A stretch of 64,000 nt of DNA from Gemmatimonadaceae bacterium (GTDB lineage: Bacteria; Gemmatimonadota; Gemmatimonadetes; Gemmatimonadales; Gemmatimonadaceae). Positions 57,682 to 64,000 of this stretch are shown here, in pieces. The notes beneath the pieces were generated by a model, which searched no databases, was not told where the DNA came from, and worked only from the letters and a program-made list of their open reading frames with translations. How positions within the stretch are numbered: position 1 is the first letter of the stretch; each line of letters begins with the position of its first letter. Location: positions 704,001 through 768,000 of the forward strand of contig JBHYGA010000001.1 of the NCBI GenBank assembly GCA_051859245.1, read 5' to 3'. Position numbers and translations under genes: made by a program.

Positions 57682-58137
57682 CTACTGATCGTTGAGCGTG
57701 TCGCTGACGAGGGCAGCCTTTTGCAGTGTCGCCAGCAAATGCAGGAGATCGACGCCCTGCGCTCGTGCGGCGAAGGCCAGCGTGTGCGCGCCACCGCAGC
57801 AGGAATCAAGGCCAAAGGTGGCAAACACCGCTGCGGTCGCGGCGTGCCGACTACGAACACCGGCAACGGTGTGTTCGTCGGAAATGTCAACGCGAGTAAA
57901 CCGCGTATGCCACGCCTGCGTGCCTGCATCAAGCAGGGCGGGGCGCACACGAAACCCGCGCTGGTGCAGTGCATCGTAGAGCGGGCGCGGGTCGAATGGT
58001 GCGATCACCTCGAGGGTGTCTGCGTCCCCGAGTGATTCGGCCAGTTGGAGAATGTCACTCAGCGGTTCGTCTCCTGCGGCGAGGGCTGGTCGCGCATCAA
58101 AGCAGACGGTACGCGGTGCTGTCAGTATCGATTTCAT
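57682..58137 (-). CDS. DUF2249 + ScdA_N (DUF542)-like fusion protein
   Basis: FDARP...EPLSDI...APFDPRPLY; C-terminal VFATFGLDSCCGG...; ATGA overlap with upstream gene. Confidence 0.8.
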   Translation of the reverse strand: MKSILTAPRTVCFDARPALAAGDEPLSDILQLAESLGDADTLEVIAPFDPRPLYDALHQRGFRVRPALLDAGTQAWHTRFTRVDISDEHTVAGVRSRHAATAAVFATFGLDSCCGGAHTLAFAARAQGVDLLHLLATLQKAALVSDTLNDQ

Positions 58138-59483
58138 TGTGGACTCGTAGCGAGGGAGAGTGAGGGACGCGCCGGTGCGGAAATCACGGCGCGCGGTGAC
58201 GCAAACATGGCGAGCGCATGGTGCAGGGACATGCAAAGAGTGGCAGCCACATAGACCTTCGCGGCGAAGCGCGCGCCAGCCGAGCTTCCCACTGCAATCG
58301 CCATTGAGAGTGAGACGAGCGCGAGGGCATACAGCACCACGCTTGCCCAGGCGAGTGCTGGTCGCGAGAACTGTTGCACGCGCACCGGCGCGCCGGTCGC
58401 TGGTTGCGTGCCAGGGCCGGCGCGCACCGTCCAGCTCAGGAAGACGAACACGCGAAACAGCACACCCACGATGAGCAGGGATAACCAGCCTGCGAGATAC
58501 AACACGCCCCACACCGCAATCGCCCGTTGCACGAGCATGTCGGTGGGTGACAACCGATTCGCGAATGAGGCCGCAGCGAGCGCGAGTTGCAGCGCCGTGG
58601 CGACGGCCAGCGCCATAAACGACATCGCGACCGTGGTGAGCGCGGGATCCCACGCGATTTTCGGTCGGTGCCGGAACCAGCGCGCGGCTCGCCACAGCAT
58701 CAGCAGTTGCCCACACGCGATGATCATGACCGCCGCGGGCCGAAGATACGACAGCGCCGGAAGCACCGCCGGTAGCAGCAGCGCCGCACCACCGAACAGC
58801 AGCAGAGGAATGGCCAACGCGGAGAACGACTGCTCTTCGCGCACGCCAAGAAACATCGGAATCACATGCGATCCAACGGCCCACGCGACCAGTGTGCCAA
58901 AGCCGCTCAAACCAAACGCAACGTGCGCGAGGCGCAGCCCGTCGAGATCCGGCGTGTAGCCGCGCCATCCCCACACCAGTCGCATCGCCGCGAGCACCAG
59001 CACGCCGGCGAGTGAGACAAAGCCGAGTGTGACCAGCCGCATGCGCAGGCGTGTGCTGGACGGCGCGCGCCAGGGTCCGAGTTGCACGATGGCCGACGCC
59101 GCGGTGACCAGCGTCAAGACCGCCCAACCGTGCGCGGCGTCATGCAGGCGTCCAGCGCTCACACCCCAGACCACAGTGATCACGCCAAGTGCGTGCGCGG
59201 GCAGCAACCAGCGCCACAGGCGGGACGAGCGTGGCGCGACCTGCAGCGCCACCGGCCCGAGCTGATACAGTGTGCCCACAATGAGTGTCAGCAACCAGCC
59301 AAGTGTGAATGCATGCACCGCCCCGACAACCGCCGGTGCGCCCCACTCGCCTCGGGAAAGCGCCGGCGCGGCCCGCGTGAGCAGCACGCTTCCGGCCACG
59401 AGGAAGGCCATGCCCACACCACCGTAGGCCAGCGGAATCGCATGGTGCTGCACGACCGCGACCGAATGCACGCGGAGACTCAT
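58134..59483 (-). CDS. polytopic membrane protein with His residues in TM helices (NnrS/heme-binding-like)
   Basis: About 12 TM; VHAFTLGW...GTLYQLGPV, AHVAFGLSGF...VIPMF. Confidence 0.65.
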   Translation of the reverse strand: MSLRVHSVAVVQHHAIPLAYGGVGMAFLVAGSVLLTRAAPALSRGEWGAPAVVGAVHAFTLGWLLTLIVGTLYQLGPVALQVAPRSSRLWRWLLPAHALGVITVVWGVSAGRLHDAAHGWAVLTLVTAASAIVQLGPWRAPSSTRLRMRLVTLGFVSLAGVLVLAAMRLVWGWRGYTPDLDGLRLAHVAFGLSGFGTLVAWAVGSHVIPMFLGVREEQSFSALAIPLLLFGGAALLLPAVLPALSYLRPAAVMIIACGQLLMLWRAARWFRHRPKIAWDPALTTVAMSFMALAVATALQLALAAASFANRLSPTDMLVQRAIAVWGVLYLAGWLSLLIVGVLFRVFVFLSWTVRAGPGTQPATGAPVRVQQFSRPALAWASVVLYALALVSLSMAIAVGSSAGARFAAKVYVAATLCMSLHHALAMFASPRAVISAPARPSLSLATSPQ

Positions 59484-59500
59484 GACGGCCAATCTCCAAA

Positions 59501-59519
59501 AAGGTATTTTACATACAGG
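59501..59519. promoter_or_regulatory. putative NsrR operator
   Basis: AAGGTAT-TTTAC-ATACAGG resembles the NsrR gATGYAT-N5-ATRCATc box; lies between nsrR and the divergent operon. Confidence 0.6.
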
Positions 59520-59621
59520 TATTGTGAATAAGGGGGAAACGTCGCCAATTTGCAAGTAACGCAGATGCGCCGACGCAGATGCCACGCACGGTGACGGTCA
59601 CCGGATTCTTCTCATTGTCCA

Positions 59622-60053
59622 ATGCGCCTGACCCGTTTTACTGACAACGCGCTTCGTTGTCTCACGTATCTCGGATTGCACGAGTCCGAGACGGCCACCG
59701 TCACCGATGTCGCACGCCGCATGTCCATGTCCGAAGACCACCTCATGAAAGTGGTCCAGCGATTGGCCTCGCTCGGCTACGTGGAAACAATCCGCGGTCG
59801 CAACGGCGGCGTGCGCCTGGCGCAGGACCCGGCGGTGATCCGGATCGGCACAGTGGTGCGACAGACCGAGGACAACCTCAACCTGGTTGAGTGTTTTGAC
59901 GCGGAACTGAACACGTGTCCGATTGCGGCGTCGTGTCAGCTTGCCCGAGCGCTCGATGAAGCACTGTCGGCCTTTCTCGCCGTGCTCGACAAGTACACGC
60001 TGCGCGATCTTCTCCAGCACCCTCGACGTCTGGAGCGGCTGCTTCGCGCCTGA
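59622..60053 (+). CDS. nsrR: Rrf2 family NO-sensing regulator
   Basis: MRLTRFTD, HLMKVV, RGRNGG, three Cys LVECF...CPI..SC. Confidence 0.85.
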   Translation: MRLTRFTDNALRCLTYLGLHESETATVTDVARRMSMSEDHLMKVVQRLASLGYVETIRGRNGGVRLAQDPAVIRIGTVVRQTEDNLNLVECFDAELNTCPIAASCQLARALDEALSAFLAVLDKYTLRDLLQHPRRLERLLRA

Positions 60054-60081
60054 GGGCTGCGCACGCGACTAGTTTCGGAGC

Positions 60082-60927
60082 ATGACGAATGCATTCGCCT
60101 CTCCCGTGAGTCGCGTGGCCTGTCGTATATCGATGGACGGCCCGTTGATGCGTCGCCGCAGTGCTGGCTCCGTGCTGTTCGCCATGGCGATCCTTGTGTG
60201 CCTGACGCGTGTGGTCGAGGCCCAACGTCCTCCCACCGAACGCGCCCGCGCCTCCATGCGACGAGTGGCTGCTGAGCGCACCACGCGATTTGTGAGCGAC
60301 CTCGGCTACGTGAGCACCACCGGCAACACCACGGTCACCACCGTCAATGTGGGTGAGAAGTTCAACCTGAGCACTGGCTTCTGGCGCTTCGAGCAGTTTC
60401 TCTCGGTGGTGTACGGCGAGAACGACGGCGAGGTGAACAGCAACTTCATTCGCGCTGGCGTGGGCGGCGAGTATGCCCTGCGCTCGACGATGGGGCTGGC
60501 CGGTGGATTTCTCTTCGACAAGAACAGATTCTCGGGCGTATTGCAGCGCACCGAAGAATATCTGGGACTCGTGTGGCGCGTGGTTGAAGGACCACGCGAT
60601 ACGCTGCGGCTTGATGCGGGTGGATCGCTCACGCAGCAACGGAACATTGACGGCACAATTCGTCGTTTTCCAGCGGCCCGCACCGCGCTCTGGTACAAGC
60701 GTGGACTGGCGCCCAAAGCATATGTCCTGCAGACGGTTGAAGTGGTCCCGAACATTGAAACGTCGGAAGACTACCGCGTCAATGCGATTGCGTCCCTCAT
60801 TTCTCCCATCTCGAAAATGATGGCGGTCAAGCTCGAGTTTCAGTGGCGCTTTGACAATCTGCCGGAACCTGATTTCCAGAGTACCGATCGCATTTTCACC
60901 ACTGGTATCCAGGTCTCCTTCGAGTAG
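60082..60927 (+). CDS. DUF481 (YdiY-like) outer membrane beta-barrel
   Basis: LGYVSTTGNT, DKNRFSG, FDNLPEP, C-terminal QVSF; start uncertain. Confidence 0.75.
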   Translation: MTNAFASPVSRVACRISMDGPLMRRRSAGSVLFAMAILVCLTRVVEAQRPPTERARASMRRVAAERTTRFVSDLGYVSTTGNTTVTTVNVGEKFNLSTGFWRFEQFLSVVYGENDGEVNSNFIRAGVGGEYALRSTMGLAGGFLFDKNRFSGVLQRTEEYLGLVWRVVEGPRDTLRLDAGGSLTQQRNIDGTIRRFPAARTALWYKRGLAPKAYVLQTVEVVPNIETSEDYRVNAIASLISPISKMMAVKLEFQWRFDNLPEPDFQSTDRIFTTGIQVSFE

Positions 60928-60961
60928 TCGTCAACCCAACGAGGTCGCGGTGTCGTTGTCC

Positions 60962-61732
60962 ATGCACAGACTGGTTCCCCTCGCGCTCTCTGCGCTGTCG
61001 CTGTCACTACCGTTCGCGGCCGCATCGTCGCAGGCGGCTCCCACCGCGCGCACCACGCAGGCCGCAGCGGCGATTGTCGATCAACCCGTGACCAGTTTCA
61101 CCACCGACCTCGGCTACGTGGCGACGTCGGGCAATACTCGGGTCTCCACCATGAACATTGCCGAACGCGTGGTGCACTCCCGCGGATTCTGGCGGTTTGA
61201 ACAGGTGCTGGGAATCGTGTACGGTGAAGCCGACGGTGAAGAGAACGCGAATCTCTTGCGCGCGGGGCTCGGGGCGGAGTACGCACTACGTCCGTGGGTG
61301 GGGCTGGCCACGGGTGTCTTGTACGATCGCAACCGGTTTGCCGGCATCGCCCGACGGACGGAGGAGTACCTCGGACTGGTGTTTCGTGTCCGACAGGCCG
61401 CGCAAGATACGCTGCGCATCGAAACGGGCGGGTCGCTCACGCAGCAGCTAGGTGTTGACGGTGTGCAGAACGACTTCCCAGCCGCCCGTGTCGCGGCCTG
61501 GTACAAGCGCATGTTCGGTGCCTCAGCGTTCTTTCTGCAAACGATCGAGACGGTGCCGAATCTGGAGGTCTCGGAGGACTATCGTATCAACAGCGAGTCT
61601 GCCCTGGTCGCTCCACTCTCGCGCCGCGTTGCGCTGAAGCTCGGGTACGTGGTGCGTTTCGACAACCTCCCGGAAGCCGGGTTTGAGAAGTCGGATCGCA
61701 TCTTCTCATCAGGGCTGCAGGTGTCCTTCTAG
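60962..61732 (+). CDS. DUF481 (YdiY-like) outer membrane beta-barrel, paralog
   Basis: Signal peptide; LGYVATSGNT, DRNRFAG, FDNLPEA, QVSF. Confidence 0.78.
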   Translation: MHRLVPLALSALSLSLPFAAASSQAAPTARTTQAAAAIVDQPVTSFTTDLGYVATSGNTRVSTMNIAERVVHSRGFWRFEQVLGIVYGEADGEENANLLRAGLGAEYALRPWVGLATGVLYDRNRFAGIARRTEEYLGLVFRVRQAAQDTLRIETGGSLTQQLGVDGVQNDFPAARVAAWYKRMFGASAFFLQTIETVPNLEVSEDYRINSESALVAPLSRRVALKLGYVVRFDNLPEAGFEKSDRIFSSGLQVSF

Positions 61733-61810
61733 CGAGACGTTCAGGTTTGGGGCGGTCGGGCCGACACTTTGATCGACGAGTACGCCCGTTCCCGATGCCC
61801 CTGAGTAGTA

Positions 61811-64000
61811 ATGTCTGCGCGATCAGTACCTGAGCTGTTGTGCCTTGAATCCGCCGCCTCCTTGCTGAATGCGGTCGGGGACGCTGTCGTGTTGCTTGAT
61901 GATGAGCAGCGCGTAGTGTCGCTCAACGAACCGGCCGCGACGCTGGCGGCGGCCCTCGGACTCGACGCGCAGACGCTGGTCGGACGCGAGCTTCGGGCGC
62001 TGGCGAGTGTGGCAACGCACGCACCGCTCTACGACGAACTGCATGCGCAGATCGAAGACGCGCGCCGAACGCAAGAAACGCGAACCCTGCTGATCAACTC
62101 CGACCGCGTTGCGCGTCCCATGCGCGTGCGTGTTGTCCCGTGCGCCGACGGCGTCGCCATCGTGGCCCGGGAACGGCCGGATGATCAGCTGTTGCAGCGC
62201 GTACACGAACAGCACGAGCAACGCTACCGGGCGCTCTTCGACGCGATTCCGGTGCCATTGGTTGTGTACGCGCGCGAGACGGCCACGATTCTTGCCGTCA
62301 ACCATGCGACGCTGGCCGAGTTCGGTGGTCACGGGGAGCTGGTCGGCAGGGCGGTGAGTACGATCGTACACGCCGACGAGCTGCCACGATTTGCGAGTGT
62401 GCGACGTCAGGGCGAGCTGGACGCTCAATCGCAAGGATTCTGGCAGTTGAAGCGCGGCGACGATTCAACGATGCTGGCGGAAGTGACCACGTTCGACCTG
62501 CAGTTCTTCGGCCAAGGCGCGCGGCTTGCCATGATTCGCGACGTGACCGAATCCACGCGACTTGAAGCCGACCTGCAGCTGCTCCGGGCCGCGATCGGTT
62601 GCATCAACGATCTGATCGTGATCACGCGCGCGGACTCGAGCGAGGATGGTACGCATCAGATTGTGTTTGTGAACGAGGCGTTTGAGCGACACACTGGGTG
62701 GTTGCGCGACGAGGTGATAGGCATGCCGAGCACGTTGCTCGATGGTCCGCGCACGGACCAGAACGTGATTGCACGCGTTCGTGAGCATCTGCGACGTGGC
62801 GCCAGTGTTCGCGCCGACGTATTGCACTACACCAAGGAAGGACGCGAATACTGGGTAGAACTGGTGATCGTGCCCGTGTACAACGGTGCAGGGGTGCACA
62901 CGCACTGGGTTGCGGTGCATCGCGATATTTCCGAGCGCAAGCTGCTGGAAGAGCAGCTCTTTCAGTCGCAGAAAATGGAAGCGGTTGGACGCCTGGCGGG
63001 CGGCATTGCGCACGACTTCAACAATGTGCTCACCGCGATTAGCGGATTCAGTGAGTTGCTGCTCGAAGAACTGCCAGCGGGCGAAGGGCCGCACGAGGAA
63101 GTGCAGCAGATTCGCGCCGCCGCGGCTCGCGCAACGGCGCTGACACGACAGCTGCTTGCGTTCAGTCGCAAGCAGATCATGCGTCCGCGCACCGTCAACG
63201 TGGCATCGCTCGTGCGCGACATGGAGCGGTTGCTCGAGCGGGCGATCACCGAGGAGATCACGATCCGCATGCACATTGCGGATCATACGCCTCCGGTGCT
63301 CGCAGATCCGGTGCAGCTGGAGCAGGTATTGTTGAACCTCACGGTGAATGCTGCCGAGGCCATGCCGGATGGCGGAGTGCTCACCATCGAAGTGAGCGAT
63401 GTGGCACTCGGTGAGTCGTACGCGCATCGACATCACGGCGTGTTGCCGGGACACTACGTGTGTCTGGTTGTGAGTGACAGCGGCGTGGGCATGGATCGCA
63501 TCACCCGCGAGCGCATTTTTGAGCCCTTCTTCACCACGAAGTCCGGCGGTACAGGACTCGGTCTTTCCACCGTGTACGGCATTGTGCGTCAGAGCGGTGG
63601 GCACATCTGGGTGTACAGCGAAGCCGGTGTTGGCAGCACGTTCAAGATCTATTTGCCGGTTGCAACCGGCGAAGCGCCGCTCGAGCCAGAAGGGGTTCGT
63701 GAGACCGAGGCGATCGGCGGCAGTGAAACCGTGCTGATCGTTGAAGATGAAGCGCTGGTGCGCGACGTGACGCGCGCCATGCTATCGCGTCGCGGGTACC
63801 GCGTGCTGGTGGCGAAAGATGGTGAGCATGCACTCGCTGTGGCGGCCAATCACATGGGCGTGATTGATCTTCTGCTGACTGATGTGATCATGCCGCGAGC
63901 AAACGGTCGCCGCGTCGCCGAACAGTTGCGCATGATGCGTCCCGAGCTGCGCGTGGTGTATATGTCCGGCTACACCGAGGACGCGATCGTGCATCATGGC
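61811..64000 (+). CDS. PAS-domain hybrid sensor histidine kinase / response regulator (3' truncated)
   Basis: Open frame from ATG 61811: PAS repeats, QKMEAVGRLAGGIAHDFNN, IFEPFFTTK, GTGLGL, receiver LLLTDVIMP, YMSGY; missing from ORF track. Confidence 0.92.
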   Translation, partial: MSARSVPELLCLESAASLLNAVGDAVVLLDDEQRVVSLNEPAATLAAALGLDAQTLVGRELRALASVATHAPLYDELHAQIEDARRTQETRTLLINSDRVARPMRVRVVPCADGVAIVARERPDDQLLQRVHEQHEQRYRALFDAIPVPLVVYARETATILAVNHATLAEFGGHGELVGRAVSTIVHADELPRFASVRRQGELDAQSQGFWQLKRGDDSTMLAEVTTFDLQFFGQGARLAMIRDVTESTRLEADLQLLRAAIGCINDLIVITRADSSEDGTHQIVFVNEAFERHTGWLRDEVIGMPSTLLDGPRTDQNVIARVREHLRRGASVRADVLHYTKEGREYWVELVIVPVYNGAGVHTHWVAVHRDISERKLLEEQLFQSQKMEAVGRLAGGIAHDFNNVLTAISGFSELLLEELPAGEGPHEEVQQIRAAAARATALTRQLLAFSRKQIMRPRTVNVASLVRDMERLLERAITEEITIRMHIADHTPPVLADPVQLEQVLLNLTVNAAEAMPDGGVLTIEVSDVALGESYAHRHHGVLPGHYVCLVVSDSGVGMDRITRERIFEPFFTTKSGGTGLGLSTVYGIVRQSGGHIWVYSEAGVGSTFKIYLPVATGEAPLEPEGVRETEAIGGSETVLIVEDEALVRDVTRAMLSRRGYRVLVAKDGEHALAVAANHMGVIDLLLTDVIMPRANGRRVAEQLRMMRPELRVVYMSGYTEDAIVHHG

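Noticed and set aside
57546..59127. Long N-terminal extensions of NosZ (856 aa) and of the DUF2249 protein (481 aa)
   Set aside because: They overlap neighbouring real genes in other frames; better starts at 57545 and 58137
62465..63604. 379-aa minus-strand ORF
   Set aside because: Shadow of the plus-strand hybrid histidine kinase

Overview
GC-rich bacterial chromosome segment; gene content (Oar-type TonB-dependent receptors, SprA, clade II nosZ, Big_2/RCC1 lipoprotein, beta-propeller lipoproteins) suggests Gemmatimonadota (inference). Left to right: partial ctaB/cyoE; APC permease; a locus of two ~1115-aa TonB-dependent receptors flanking two non-catalytic OB-fold lipoproteins, with a convergent endonuclease I lipoprotein (candidate extracellular nucleic-acid utilisation system); lptF-lptG-mlaE-mlaD; sprA-comEA-pilB-pilT-pilC; a small accessory patch (immunity-like gene, tRNA-like T-arm fragments, IS3 remnant, beta-propellers, RES-Xre toxin-antitoxin); M28 peptidase; VOC protein; RCC1 lipoprotein; a tonB gene preceded by a 12-unit, 11-bp-period TCA array resembling an extended Pho box; an SPFH-speD-DUF4178x2-DUF350-speE-amine oxidase operon; argJ; a clade II nos cluster (nosZBLDFY plus cupredoxin) preceded by a probably NsrR-controlled membrane protein and DUF2249-ScdA_N gene pair; two DUF481 barrels; a truncated PAS hybrid kinase. 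Two REP-like palindromes share one repeat unit. No rRNA, complete tRNA or CRISPR array was seen. All family calls come from manual motif recognition, not database searches.
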